Source: Clostridia bacterium
GTDB lineage: Bacteria > Bacillota > Clostridia > RUG12999
NCBI GenBank assembly: GCA_017396395.1
Contig: JAFQMF010000014.1
Span: 1,884-65,883 of the forward strand
Direction of reading: 5' to 3'
Length of the DNA stretch: 64,000 nt
Shown: positions 38,496 to 48,274 of the stretch, one piece after another
Layout: every line of letters starts with the position of its first letter
Position numbering within the stretch: position 1 is the stretch's first letter
Position numbers and translations under genes: made by a program
The notes under the pieces: model-generated
Told to the model about the DNA's origin: nothing
What the model saw: only the letters and a program-made list of their open reading frames with translations
The model's database searches: none

Positions 38496-39129
38496 ATATA
38501 TTTTAAAATTTGAAAAAGCAGACAGCGTAAAATATGTGTCACACCTTGACCTGATAAGGGTTTTTGACAGGGCGATGCGTAGAGCGCAGCTTCCTATGGG
38601 GTATAGTCAGGGCTTTAATCCTCATCCGCTTATGACATTTGCTCATCCTCTTGGTGTAGGGGTTTCCAGTATAGGAGAGCTGGTGGAAATTACTACTGCA
38701 GAACATTTGCAGGAAAAGGAATTTTTAAATAGGCTACAGGAATTTATGCCAGTGGGCTTTAAGCTTATTGATATTAAAGAAATTGAAGGTAAAAACAACT
38801 TTGCCCGTCTTACCTCTGCTGATTATAAAATAAATATTGAAGGCAAGTTTCCTGAAAGCGACCTTGTAAAATCCTTTAATAAGCTTAAAGAAATTTTGAT
38901 AGATAAAAAAACAAAAAGCGGTATTAAAGAAACGGATATCCGCCCATTTATTCTTTCCTTTGAGGGGAATATGGGAGTTTATATGGCAAGACTTAAAACT
39001 GGTGCAGAAAATTTAAAGCCTGAACTTTTTGTAAAGGCATTGGAAAAATATATACCTGATTTTTCTCCTGAATGGGTACAGATTTTACGAGTGCAGTTAA
39101 ATGACGGGGAAGGGAATTCGCTTTTTTAA
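38488..39129 (+). CDS. TIGR03936/DUF2344 radical-SAM-associated protein
   Basis: YVSHLDL.R...RA.RRA.LP..YSQGFNPHP motif; ATG 38488 after GGAGG, overlapping the upstream stop. Confidence 0.88.
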   Translation: MSKYILKFEKADSVKYVSHLDLIRVFDRAMRRAQLPMGYSQGFNPHPLMTFAHPLGVGVSSIGELVEITTAEHLQEKEFLNRLQEFMPVGFKLIDIKEIEGKNNFARLTSADYKINIEGKFPESDLVKSFNKLKEILIDKKTKSGIKETDIRPFILSFEGNMGVYMARLKTGAENLKPELFVKALEKYIPDFSPEWVQILRVQLNDGEGNSLF

Positions 39130-39190
39130 TATGTAGAGTTACGAAGGTAATAAGATATACAGGCTATTTTAAGTATTGACAATTACTACC

Positions 39191-39240
39191 TGATGGTATA
39201 AAAAAAGACAGAATTAATTCTGTCTTTTTTTATACCATCA
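39191..39240. terminator. Perfect 50-bp palindrome, probably acting as a terminator
   Basis: TGATGGTATAAAAAAAGACAGAATT|AATTCTGTCTTTTTTTATACCATCA, between convergent genes. Confidence 0.8.
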
Positions 39241-39487
39241 TTTTGCTTGCATATTTTTGTTTTGTGGCAAGACCCCCTCTGATATGGCGTTCTTCTTTGT
39301 TTTTTCTTAGTACAGCACAGGCTTTTTTGGAGAGAGAAGGGCTGATTTCCCTTAGACGTTCTGATATGTCTTTATGTACAGTAGATTTTGAAATGCCGAA
39401 ATGACAAGCTGCAGCACGTACAGTTGCATTATTTGAAATAATATATTCTGCAAGTAAAACTGTTCTTTGCTCAATGTAATTTTTCAT
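39230..39487 (-). CDS. spoIIID: Sporulation transcription regulator SpoIIID
   Basis: MKNYIEQR, ATVR.AA..FGISKSTVHKD and RHIRGG.ATK.KY motifs; start set at ATG 39487 after GGAG. Confidence 0.95.
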   Translation of the reverse strand: MKNYIEQRTVLLAEYIISNNATVRAAACHFGISKSTVHKDISERLREISPSLSKKACAVLRKNKEERHIRGGLATKQKYASKMMV

Positions 39488-39517
39488 AAAAATCACTCCA
39501 TATATTCTACTTTGTAA

Positions 39518-39546
39518 AATATATGAAGTGAAGGCATTGATTATGA
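39518..39546 (-). promoter_or_regulatory. Putative sigma-E promoter of spoIIID
   Basis: Minus strand TCATAA...CATATATT fits ATA-16 bp-CATAcanT; spoIIID is sigma-E-dependent in Bacillus and Clostridia. Confidence 0.6.
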
Positions 39547-39657
39547 ATTTAAGATTTTGCAGTGGGATTTATAAATATGTAACCTTAGAATATGTATTAT
39601 TTATCTGTAATTGATAATAATATTGGAGAATTAATTTTTTAATAAGGAAGTAATGTT

Positions 39658-40953
39658 ATGAGTTCAGTATGGGAAAAAACTGCACAAAAAAATGAATTTA
39701 AAAGCCTTGACAGGGATATTAATACAGATGTACTGATAATTGGTGGCGGAATTACAGGAGTACTTTGTGCTTATGCTCTTTCAAAAGAGGGAGTTTCCTG
39801 TATACTTGCAGAGGCAGAAACAATAGGAAGCGGAATTACTAAAAACACTACAGCTAAAATTACTGTACAACATGGACTTATTTATAATAAGCTGATTAAT
39901 AAATGGGGAATAGAAAAGGCAAAAAAATATTTAGAAATAAATAAAACTGCACTTGAAAAATATATTAATATTTGCAAAAATATAAATTGCGATTTTCAAA
40001 AAAAAGATTCCTATGTGTATAGCATAAACAATTCAAATAAAATTGAAAAAGAACTAAAGGCTCTTGAAAAGCTTGGAATTAAGGCAGAATTTATAAAAGA
40101 TTTACCATTACCATTTTCTACTGCAGGTGCAGTGAAATTTTCAAATCAGGCACAGTTTAATCCACTTAAGTTTTTATATGAAATATCAAAGGAATTAAAT
40201 ATTTACGAGCATACAAGGGTAACAGAACTAATTGTAAATACAGCTGTAACAAAAGGCGGAAAAATTACTGCAAAAAAAATCATTGTTGCAACCCATTTTC
40301 CTTTTATAAATAAGCACGGCAGTTATTTTGTTAAAATGTATCAGCATCGGTCATATGTTATTGCCCTTGAAAACGCACCGAATATAAATGGAATGTATGT
40401 AGATGAAGCATTAAAGGGTATGTCCTTTCGAAATTATGAAAATCTTTTGCTTATAGGCGGAGGTGACCACAGGACAGGGAAAAAAGGTGGAAGCTACCAG
40501 GAATTAAGAAATTTTGCAAAAAAATATTATCCTGATTCAAAGGAAAAATTTCACTATGCAACTCAGGATTGTATGACACTTGATGAAATTGCTTATATAG
40601 GTGATTACAGTGGCAGCACAAAGAGTTTATATGTTGCTACAGGGTTTAACAAATGGGGTATGACAACTTCCATGGTAGCGGCTATGATTTTGTGTGATAT
40701 GGTACAAGGTAAACAAAATGATTTTGCAGAAGTTTTTTCTCCTTCAAGAAGTATTTTTCATCCTCAGCTTGCGGTAAATATTTTTGAGTCAACCTTAGGA
40801 CTTATAACACCAAAGGTAAAGAGATGTCCTCATTTAGGATGTGCACTTAACTGGAACAGGTATGAACATTCCTGGGATTGTCCATGTCATGGCTCAAGAT
40901 TTACAAAAGAAGGCAAGCTTATTGATAATCCGGCAACAGGAGATTTAAAATAA
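39658..40953 (+). CDS. FAD-dependent oxidoreductase with C-terminal Rieske motif (YhfW-like)
   Basis: IIGGGITG, TTAKIT, TGFNKWGMT and CPHLGC...WDCPCHGSRF motifs. Confidence 0.88.
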   Translation: MSSVWEKTAQKNEFKSLDRDINTDVLIIGGGITGVLCAYALSKEGVSCILAEAETIGSGITKNTTAKITVQHGLIYNKLINKWGIEKAKKYLEINKTALEKYINICKNINCDFQKKDSYVYSINNSNKIEKELKALEKLGIKAEFIKDLPLPFSTAGAVKFSNQAQFNPLKFLYEISKELNIYEHTRVTELIVNTAVTKGGKITAKKIIVATHFPFINKHGSYFVKMYQHRSYVIALENAPNINGMYVDEALKGMSFRNYENLLLIGGGDHRTGKKGGSYQELRNFAKKYYPDSKEKFHYATQDCMTLDEIAYIGDYSGSTKSLYVATGFNKWGMTTSMVAAMILCDMVQGKQNDFAEVFSPSRSIFHPQLAVNIFESTLGLITPKVKRCPHLGCALNWNRYEHSWDCPCHGSRFTKEGKLIDNPATGDLK

Positions 40954-40955
40954 AA

Positions 40956-40980
40956 AAAGAGCATCAATATGATGCTCTTT
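40956..40980. terminator. Bidirectional terminator
   Basis: AAAGAGCATCA-ata-TGATGCTCTTT. Confidence 0.75.
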
Positions 40981-40985
40981 AAAAA

Positions 40986-41654
40986 CTAATTATTAAAACT
41001 TGGCGCTGTTACATTGGCATTTCCAAATCCGTTTGAAGGTGAGGGACTGGACATATCAAAATATATTTTTGATGCTTTTGTTACACCGAAATCTTTGTTT
41101 GAGCCTGTATCCTGAACCTCGTTAAATGCCTGTCTGAACATAGCGTTATGGGCTTCTTCACGATTAAGAAGAAAATCAATTGTTTCCCTTACTTTTTTGT
41201 CATCAATCTGGCGGTAAAGGTATTCATAAACCACCTTTGCTCTTTGCTCAGATGCAATATTTGAAAGAATATCTGCACAAAGGTCACCTGTTACAGAAAC
41301 ATAATCACCTGTCCAGGAATATCCTGAAGCATTAATAAGACCGGGGTTTAAGCCTAATAATACATGGCTTTCAATTTCTCCTGCCTTAACCTCTTTTGCA
41401 TCTACATAATGGCCATTTAAAAGGTTAATTGTCTGTGCCACCATTTCCATATGACCAAGTTCTTCTGCCGCAATATCCAAAAATAAATCTTTGATTTTCT
41501 GGTCTTTTATACGAAAGCTCTGGGACATATACTGCATAGCGGCTTTAAGCTCACCGTTTGCACCACCAAGCTGTTCTTGCATAAGTGCCGCATAGTGAGG
41601 ATTTGGTTTTTCTACGCCTACCGGATGAAAAAGCTGTTTTTCGTGTTTAAACAT
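40986..41654 (-). CDS. Manganese catalase family protein
   Basis: EQLGGANGEL, EELGHMEM and REEAH metal-ligand motifs. Confidence 0.9.
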   Translation of the reverse strand: MFKHEKQLFHPVGVEKPNPHYAALMQEQLGGANGELKAAMQYMSQSFRIKDQKIKDLFLDIAAEELGHMEMVAQTINLLNGHYVDAKEVKAGEIESHVLLGLNPGLINASGYSWTGDYVSVTGDLCADILSNIASEQRAKVVYEYLYRQIDDKKVRETIDFLLNREEAHNAMFRQAFNEVQDTGSNKDFGVTKASKIYFDMSSPSPSNGFGNANVTAPSFNN

Positions 41655-41817
41655 ATTATCGCTCCTATTAATTATTTACATTTTACCACTTTTATTTTTT
41701 GCAAAGAAGCATAATAATATTCATATAATATTTTTAATTATTTTATAAAAATATAGAGATCAGAGAAATATCAGATTTTCTAAAAATAAAAAATTATAAA
41801 TTTACACAGGTATAAAG

Positions 41818-41855
41818 AAAAGCGAAATACCTTAATCATAAGATATTTCGCTTTT
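41818..41855 (-). terminator. Terminator of the ECF operon
   Basis: AAAAGCGAAATA...TATTTCGCTTTT. Confidence 0.7.
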
Positions 41856-41879
41856 TAATATTTATTTTAAATAAATTAA

Positions 41880-42857
41880 TTACTTGTTAATTGTAAAATC
41901 AATTGTGTTGCCGTTTACTGTTGCTGTAGCTCCAATAATAGTTGTAAAGAAATCAGCAGGCACATAAGTTCTTGCATCATTTACCAGAATAGGAGCACTT
42001 GAAAGAGTTTGTGGAACCATTTTAGCCTTGTTATAGCTGTTTACACCAATATTAAAGCCAACACCCATAGGAATTGTACCAACAGTTACTAACTGAAGAT
42101 TGTCGTCCCATTTAACTTCAAAACCCATAGCTTCAGCGATTGCTCTTACAGGGTAAAGTGCAATATCATTCTCATATACCACTTCACCTGCAATTTCCTT
42201 GCCGTTTACTGTAAAGTTTTGGATTTTTGCAGTTTCAGCATTTATCTGGTCAAGAATAACAATTTTAGATGCTACACCCTGTGCAGGAAGACTAAGAGTA
42301 AGAATATCTGTGTAGAAAAGGAAGCCTGAATCCTCTTTAATAGCGGACATATCAAGCTTGTCACCATTTAAGGAAGTGATTATAGTATCATTTGTAACTG
42401 TGATAACATAAGAACCGTCTTTTGTTTCAAGAGCGATTGTTCCTTCGCCATTTTCAATTTCCTTAACTTCGCCGAAAATAGGACGGATTTCAGAAGCTTT
42501 GTCACATACAATTACAACGTATCCGTAGCTCTGAGGGGGAAGACTTCTGGTTGTTTTTTCGTCAGCAACAATTTTTACAAGGTCGCCTTCTTTTAAATCG
42601 TTGATAGTGATTTTTTCACCATTAAGACCTACAAAAAGAGTGTTTTCGTCAGTGTTTATAGCAAACTCGGTTTCACCTTTAAATATAAGCATACCTTCTT
42701 CATTTGCTACAAATTCACCTTCTAAATTAACTTTTGTGTAGTTTTCTTCAAGGTTAATAGCAACTTCAGTTGAAGTTTCATTTGAGCTTGTTGCATTCGC
42801 ATAAGCGATGCTTCCTAAAAGTACTGTCATAAGAATAAAAGCAATAATTTTTTTCAT
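41880..42857 (-). CDS. Secreted protein with C-terminal copper-amine-oxidase-N (stalk) domain
   Basis: Signal peptide; two internal repeats ending TRSLPPQ and TLSLPAQ; C-terminal PVRAIAEAMGFEVKWD and RTYVP motifs. Confidence 0.75.
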   Translation of the reverse strand: MKKIIAFILMTVLLGSIAYANATSSNETSTEVAINLEENYTKVNLEGEFVANEEGMLIFKGETEFAINTDENTLFVGLNGEKITINDLKEGDLVKIVADEKTTRSLPPQSYGYVVIVCDKASEIRPIFGEVKEIENGEGTIALETKDGSYVITVTNDTIITSLNGDKLDMSAIKEDSGFLFYTDILTLSLPAQGVASKIVILDQINAETAKIQNFTVNGKEIAGEVVYENDIALYPVRAIAEAMGFEVKWDDNLQLVTVGTIPMGVGFNIGVNSYNKAKMVPQTLSSAPILVNDARTYVPADFFTTIIGATATVNGNTIDFTINK

Positions 42858-42882
42858 TTTTTGTTCCTCCTAAAAATTTTAA

Positions 42883-43572
42883 TTAATTTATAATTGAATT
42901 TAATAAATTTTCATTTTCTGTTTCAGTAAGATTATAAGTAGCAATACTGTATCCTACGGAGTTTTTAATTACAAATGCGGAAAATTCACTGTCTATTTTT
43001 GTAATTCCCGCTGTTGTTCCGTCAGGGTAAGTTTTAGTTTCCTGTGCAAGACTTATAACATCAGTTAAACGCTCACCAAATTTTGTTGTTGCAACATTAA
43101 CCGAAGCTTCATCCTTTACATATCTGAAAGTGTGAGAATCTTCAAGGATGTTTTGGTTTTCGTCAATGAAAAAACATACCTTTTCGTCAGTATCATTTGT
43201 AAAATCCTTTGGCACATCAAGTTTATCTTCCACATCCACACCAAGATATTCATAATACTCATTTAAAGAAAGAGTTTTCTGAAATTCATTTGTTTGTCCT
43301 GCGGGAGTAATGGTGCGTCCGTGCATTTCTATATTTGCTGTTGAAATGCCATCTTCTGTATCATCACTTTGCATTCCAAATGCAAATGCACATACAATTA
43401 CACAGGCGAAGGATGCAGCCATAAAAGCAAGCTTTCTGTAAGCAGGAAAAGTAACAACTTTTTTTTCTTGTCTTTTACTTGCCATTATGTTTTTAAACAT
43501 TTTATCCTTCTGAGCCTGAGTTGGAGTGATTTTATCAAAGCTATCAAAAAGCTGTCTTTCATTCATCATCAT
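42883..43572 (-). CDS. Putative single-pass membrane anti-sigma factor
   Basis: Short cytoplasmic N-terminus, one TM helix and an extracytoplasmic domain; overlaps the ECF sigma gene end. Confidence 0.7.
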   Translation of the reverse strand: MMMNERQLFDSFDKITPTQAQKDKMFKNIMASKRQEKKVVTFPAYRKLAFMAASFACVIVCAFAFGMQSDDTEDGISTANIEMHGRTITPAGQTNEFQKTLSLNEYYEYLGVDVEDKLDVPKDFTNDTDEKVCFFIDENQNILEDSHTFRYVKDEASVNVATTKFGERLTDVISLAQETKTYPDGTTAGITKIDSEFSAFVIKNSVGYSIATYNLTETENENLLNSIIN

Positions 43573-44056
43573 TCACCCCTATCATCAATTTAAGTTTTTC
43601 CCTTGCTACAGCCAGTCTGCTGCGAAGTGTAGCTTCGTTTACATCTAATATTTTGGCTATTTCATATGTTTTATAGCCTTCATAGTAGTAAAGATATACA
43701 GGTAAGCTGTATTTTTCGGGAAGTGCTTTAACTTGCTCCATTATACTGTCAGTATCTTTGTTATCCGAGTAGGTAGGCTCAGGAGCATCCTCCAAATGAT
43801 TCCTTTTGGATTTCCACCAGTGCTTAAAAAGGTTTTTGCATTCGTTTTTTGCAGCCACTATCAGCCAGCGGAGTATATGTTCATCGTCAGTAAATTCATT
43901 ATCGGAATTCATTAGCTTGATGAAAACATTTTGTACCACATCTTCTGTTTCTGCTTTTTCCTTTAACATCATAAAGGCTACTCGGTAAACTGTATTAACA
44001 TACTTTTCATATAAACGAGCTATTTCTTCGTCCGATCGTAACTCAGAAAAACTCAT
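43559..44056 (-). CDS. ECF RNA polymerase sigma factor (SigV-like)
   Basis: EDVVQNVF, WL...A.N and region 4 LP.KY...YLYYYEG..T.EIA.IL.....T..SRL motifs. Confidence 0.92.
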   Translation of the reverse strand: MSFSELRSDEEIARLYEKYVNTVYRVAFMMLKEKAETEDVVQNVFIKLMNSDNEFTDDEHILRWLIVAAKNECKNLFKHWWKSKRNHLEDAPEPTYSDNKDTDSIMEQVKALPEKYSLPVYLYYYEGYKTYEIAKILDVNEATLRSRLAVAREKLKLMIGVNDDE

Positions 44057-44158
44057 TTTTCAAAACACCTCCTAAAGGGCTTTCACTTATATAACAATTG
44101 AGAAAGTCAAAATGTTGGATAATTTTTAAAAAAAATTAAAAATTTTTCATAATCTTTA

Positions 44159-44194
44159 AAAAGTACCGCAAAAATCAGCCTTTGCGGTACTTTT
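44159..44194 (-). terminator. Terminator after engB
   Basis: AAAAGTACCGCAAA...TTTGCGGTACTTTT. Confidence 0.8.
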
Positions 44195-44205
44195 AATTTT
44201 TTGGT

Positions 44206-44811
44206 TTATCGTAAAATTGGCTTATCAATTTCCAGCATATCACATAAAAGCTCCCAGAAATCTTCTTTTCCTTCACCTGTTGTAGCAGAAAAAGGAATTA
44301 AAAAGTCATCCTCTGTAAAAGAAAGAGTATCAGCAATCAGCTGAAAATTTTCTTCCATTTGCTTTCTTGACAGCTTATCAATCTTTGTTGCAACAATAAT
44401 TAAGTATCCAAAGCGGTATCTTATCCATTCTGCCATTTGTATATCTTCTCTTGATGGCTTATGTCTGCTGTCAACAAGTAAAAAAGTCTGGCGAAGCTGC
44501 TTTCTGGTATTGAGGTAAGTGTCCATCATTTCACCCCAGCGTTTTTGCTCTGATTTAGAAACTGCCGCATAGCCATAACCGGGAAGATCCACAAAAAACA
44601 GCTGTGAGTCAATGTTAAAAAAATTTATCTGTGCAGTTTTGCCAGGTTTTCCGCTTGTTCTGGCAAGACTTTTTCTTCCTACTACTTTATTGAGGAAAGA
44701 AGACTTTCCCACATTGGACCTGCCCGCAAAAGCAACTTCAGGTCTGTCACCTGTAGGATACTGCTTGGGACTAACTGCAGAAACCTCTATTGATAAGTTG
44801 TTTAAATTCAT
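44206..44811 (-). CDS. engB: Ribosome biogenesis GTPase YsxC/EngB
   Basis: GRSNVGKSS, PGKT, DLPGYGYA and TKID motifs; start ATG 44811 after GGAG. Confidence 0.95.
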   Translation of the reverse strand: MNLNNLSIEVSAVSPKQYPTGDRPEVAFAGRSNVGKSSFLNKVVGRKSLARTSGKPGKTAQINFFNIDSQLFFVDLPGYGYAAVSKSEQKRWGEMMDTYLNTRKQLRQTFLLVDSRHKPSREDIQMAEWIRYRFGYLIIVATKIDKLSRKQMEENFQLIADTLSFTEDDFLIPFSATTGEGKEDFWELLCDMLEIDKPILR

Positions 44812-44998
44812 AAAAATCTCCATTCCGCCGCCTTGCATCGGCATAAATCGTGATAAAGCTTATCTCTTATCTGCAAGGGAAAGGGATAATAAGAGTTTTT
44901 TATGCACATCGCCTTTTTTCTATATGAGAGAAAAAATTTTTGCAGTGCAATTTAATCCGCTGAAGGATTAATGTGAAATAAGCTTCCGCTTCAATTAG

Positions 44999-47407
44999 CT
45001 ATATACGATTTGATATTTCCATACTTTTAGGAGGAATTGTATGTGCCATCATATTGCTGTTTACGGAAAAAGCACTTTTTTCAGGAATTTTGCAAAGGGC
45101 AGTTTTAAGCACCTGTTCAATAGAAGAAACAGGTATAAAGTTTATCTGCTCTTTAATATTGGAAGGTATATCCTCCAAATCCTTAACATTATCCTGAGGA
45201 ATAATAACAGTGCGAACACCGCTGCGAAAAGCCGCTATGGATTTTTCTTTAAGACCGCCAATAGGCAGAACCCTGCCGCGAAGAGTAATTTCTCCTGTCA
45301 TGGCAACATCACTTTTAACTGCATATCCTGAAAGTGCAGAAATAAGTGCAGTTGCCATAGTTATTCCTGCAGAAGGACCATCTTTAGGAGTAGCACCTTC
45401 AGGTACATGAATATGAATATCGCAGGTTTTATAAAAATCAGGAGATATTTTGTAATCCTCTGCTTTTGAACGAATATAGCTTATAGCTGTCATAGCAGAT
45501 TCCTTCATAATATCCCCAAGCTGACCTGTAAGCTCGGTTTTTCCGCTTCCCTGCATAACATTTACTTCAATTTCCAAAGTTTCTCCGCCAACCTGAGTCC
45601 ATGCAAGACCTGTAGCAATACCTACCGAAGGAGAAGTCTTCATCTTTTCAAAGGTATATTTATGACTACCTAAATAATCAGTAAGATTTCTGGAAGTTAT
45701 ACTGATAGACTTTTTATCTTCAGAAACAATCTTCTTTGCCACCTTACGGCAAAGGCTTCCTATTTCTCTTTCCAAATTACGAACTCCTGCCTCACGGGTA
45801 TAATAGTTTATTATATCATAAAGGGCATCGTCGGAGATTTTAAGAGTAGCTTTGGTAAGACCGTACATTTTATACTGCTTGGGAATAAGATGTTTTTTAG
45901 CAATATTAAACTTTTCTTCCATTACATAACCGCTTATTTCAATAAGTTCCATTCTGTCAAGAAGCGGACGGGGAATAGTATCAAGCTGATTTGCGGTAGT
46001 AATAAAGGTTACACGGCTAAGGTCGTAGGGAAGCTCTAAGTAGTTATCACGAAAAGTAGAGTTCTGCTCACTGTCTAAAACCTCCAGCATAGCAGAAGAC
46101 GGGTCGCCGTGATTATCTGCACAAAGCTTGTCAATTTCATCAAAAAGCATAAGAGGGTTGCTTGAGCCAGCCTGTTTTATGGCATTAATAATTCTGCCAG
46201 GCATTGATCCAAGATATGTCCTTCTGTGACCTCTTATTTCTGCTTCGTCACGAACACCGCCAAGTGCAATTCGTACATATTTTTTATTCATAGCCTTAGC
46301 TATGGATTTTGCAATAGAGGTTTTGCCCACCCCCGGAGGGCCTACAAGACAAAGTATAGGTGCTTTTGCATCAGGTGCAAGTTTGCGTACAGCAAGATAT
46401 TCCAAAATACGCTCTTTTACTTTAGAAAGCCCATAATGGTCCCGCTCTAAAACCTTCTCAGCTTTTTTAACATCTATACTGTCTCTTGTATATACTCCCC
46501 ATGGAAGCTGGCAAAGAAGGTCCAGATAATTTCTTATTACAGTTCCTTCGCCCATTCCTGCAGGGGTTTTAATAAGCTTTGATATTTCCCTGTCTGCCTT
46601 TTCCATAACCTCTTCAGGCAAATTCATTTTATCAAGCTTTTCGCGGTATTCGTTTACCTCTCCCATAATACCGTCTTTATCACCCAGTTCCTCCTGAATA
46701 ACCTTAAGCTGTTCCCGAAGGAAGTAATCACGCTGATTTTCCTCCATAGCAGACTTCACCTTCATATCAATATCAGCTGAAAGCTTTGCAATTTCACATT
46801 CACGGTTTAATATAATAAGAAGGTTTTCAAGACGCTCTTTAGGGTCAAGACTGTCTAAAATAATCTGCTTGTCCTTAATGGGAAGATCAAGATTTCCTGC
46901 AATAATATCACACATTCTTCCCGGATCTTCAGTAATCAACATAGAAGCAAATGCTTCAGGAGATACCTTACCGCTAAGCTCGGTAAACTTTTCAAATGCT
47001 GTGCGAAGCTTGCGTACAAGAGCCTCCACATTGTCTGAATATTTCACAAGGGTTTCAGGGTTACATTCTAAAATTTCGGCGGTAAAATAATCATGGCCGT
47101 AAGCAGTTAAAAGCTCAGCTCTGTTTATACCTTCTACCAGTACCCGTACAACCTTTCCAGACATATGAAGCACCTGAGTAATTTTTGCTATAGTACCCAC
47201 TTGATAAAGCTGATGGGGAGTAGGGTCGGAAATATTTTCATCAAACTGTGTAACCAGAAAGACAAGCTTGTCCTGCTCCATAGCCTTTTCAAGTGCATTT
47301 ATTGATTTTTGTCTGCCTACATCAAAATGCAGAACCATATATGGTAACACTACCAGTCCCCGAAGGGGTATCATTGGAAGCGTTAATTTCTTATGTGTAT
47401 TTGACAT
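44999..47407 (-). CDS. lon: Lon protease
   Basis: LON N-domain, [16 protein letters not shown] (catalytic Ser) and IGGLKEK motifs. Confidence 0.97.
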   Translation of the reverse strand: MSNTHKKLTLPMIPLRGLVVLPYMVLHFDVGRQKSINALEKAMEQDKLVFLVTQFDENISDPTPHQLYQVGTIAKITQVLHMSGKVVRVLVEGINRAELLTAYGHDYFTAEILECNPETLVKYSDNVEALVRKLRTAFEKFTELSGKVSPEAFASMLITEDPGRMCDIIAGNLDLPIKDKQIILDSLDPKERLENLLIILNRECEIAKLSADIDMKVKSAMEENQRDYFLREQLKVIQEELGDKDGIMGEVNEYREKLDKMNLPEEVMEKADREISKLIKTPAGMGEGTVIRNYLDLLCQLPWGVYTRDSIDVKKAEKVLERDHYGLSKVKERILEYLAVRKLAPDAKAPILCLVGPPGVGKTSIAKSIAKAMNKKYVRIALGGVRDEAEIRGHRRTYLGSMPGRIINAIKQAGSSNPLMLFDEIDKLCADNHGDPSSAMLEVLDSEQNSTFRDNYLELPYDLSRVTFITTANQLDTIPRPLLDRMELIEISGYVMEEKFNIAKKHLIPKQYKMYGLTKATLKISDDALYDIINYYTREAGVRNLEREIGSLCRKVAKKIVSEDKKSISITSRNLTDYLGSHKYTFEKMKTSPSVGIATGLAWTQVGGETLEIEVNVMQGSGKTELTGQLGDIMKESAMTAISYIRSKAEDYKISPDFYKTCDIHIHVPEGATPKDGPSAGITMATALISALSGYAVKSDVAMTGEITLRGRVLPIGGLKEKSIAAFRSGVRTVIIPQDNVKDLEDIPSNIKEQINFIPVSSIEQVLKTALCKIPEKSAFSVNSNMMAHTIPPKSMEISNRI

Positions 47408-47509
47408 AATATCCTCCAGTGGAAAAAATTTATCTGTAAAAACAAATATACTATAATTATACTATATTTCAATAAAGTTTTCAATGTTTATTTATGGAAG
47501 TAAGGGCAT

Positions 47510-48274
47510 TTATACGTCAAATGGCGGTGAATAAAACACCTTTTCAAGTATAAGTCCCTGAGGCGGTGCAGTCATTCCTGCACGGCGTCTGTCAAGAGAG
47601 GTGATAATCTGGGGCATATCCAGATAGTTAAGTGTACCCGACCCCATAAACATAAGTGTACCGCATATTATACGCACCATATTATAAAGATAGCCGTCTG
47701 CGTGAAGGGTAATGGTAATTATATCTCCTTCCTTCTGGGCAGTTACACTATACATATTTTTTTCGTAAATTCTCTGGCTTCCGTCATTTGCCATAAAGGT
47801 GCGAAAATCGTGCTTTCCTACAAGACAGGAAGCGGCATATTTCACCTTTTCCATATCCACCTTTAAAGGGTAGTGCCAGGCTCTGTTATACATAAAAGCA
47901 TCACCGTGAGGTGCGTTTATAATTGTATAAGAATATATTTTAGAAATTGCTTTAAACTGGGCATGAAAATCAGAGGGTGCATCTGCTGCACGAATGGCAC
48001 GAATATCGGGAGGCAGACAGGTATTAAGTGCAAAAGGGATTTTTTCTGCAGGAATTTTTGCTTCTGTTTCAAAACTGCATACATATTCCCTTGCGTGAAC
48101 ACCTGCATCCGTTCTGCTACAGCCGTGAACAATCACTCGATTTTCATTTAAAATTGTACCAAGAGCTTCCTCTACACACTGCTGAACAGTTATAACATCA
48201 TTTTGTCTTTGCCAGCCGTGATAGTTTGTGCCGTCGTACATTAAAGTCAGTTTTATATTTCTCATTTCGTTCAC
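47510..48274 (-). CDS. truA: tRNA pseudouridine(38-40) synthase
   Basis: YDGTNYHGWQ, SRTDAGVHA, YNMVRI and TAPPQGL motifs. Confidence 0.95.
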   Translation of the reverse strand: MNEMRNIKLTLMYDGTNYHGWQRQNDVITVQQCVEEALGTILNENRVIVHGCSRTDAGVHAREYVCSFETEAKIPAEKIPFALNTCLPPDIRAIRAADAPSDFHAQFKAISKIYSYTIINAPHGDAFMYNRAWHYPLKVDMEKVKYAASCLVGKHDFRTFMANDGSQRIYEKNMYSVTAQKEGDIITITLHADGYLYNMVRIICGTLMFMGSGTLNYLDMPQIITSLDRRRAGMTAPPQGLILEKVFYSPPFDV

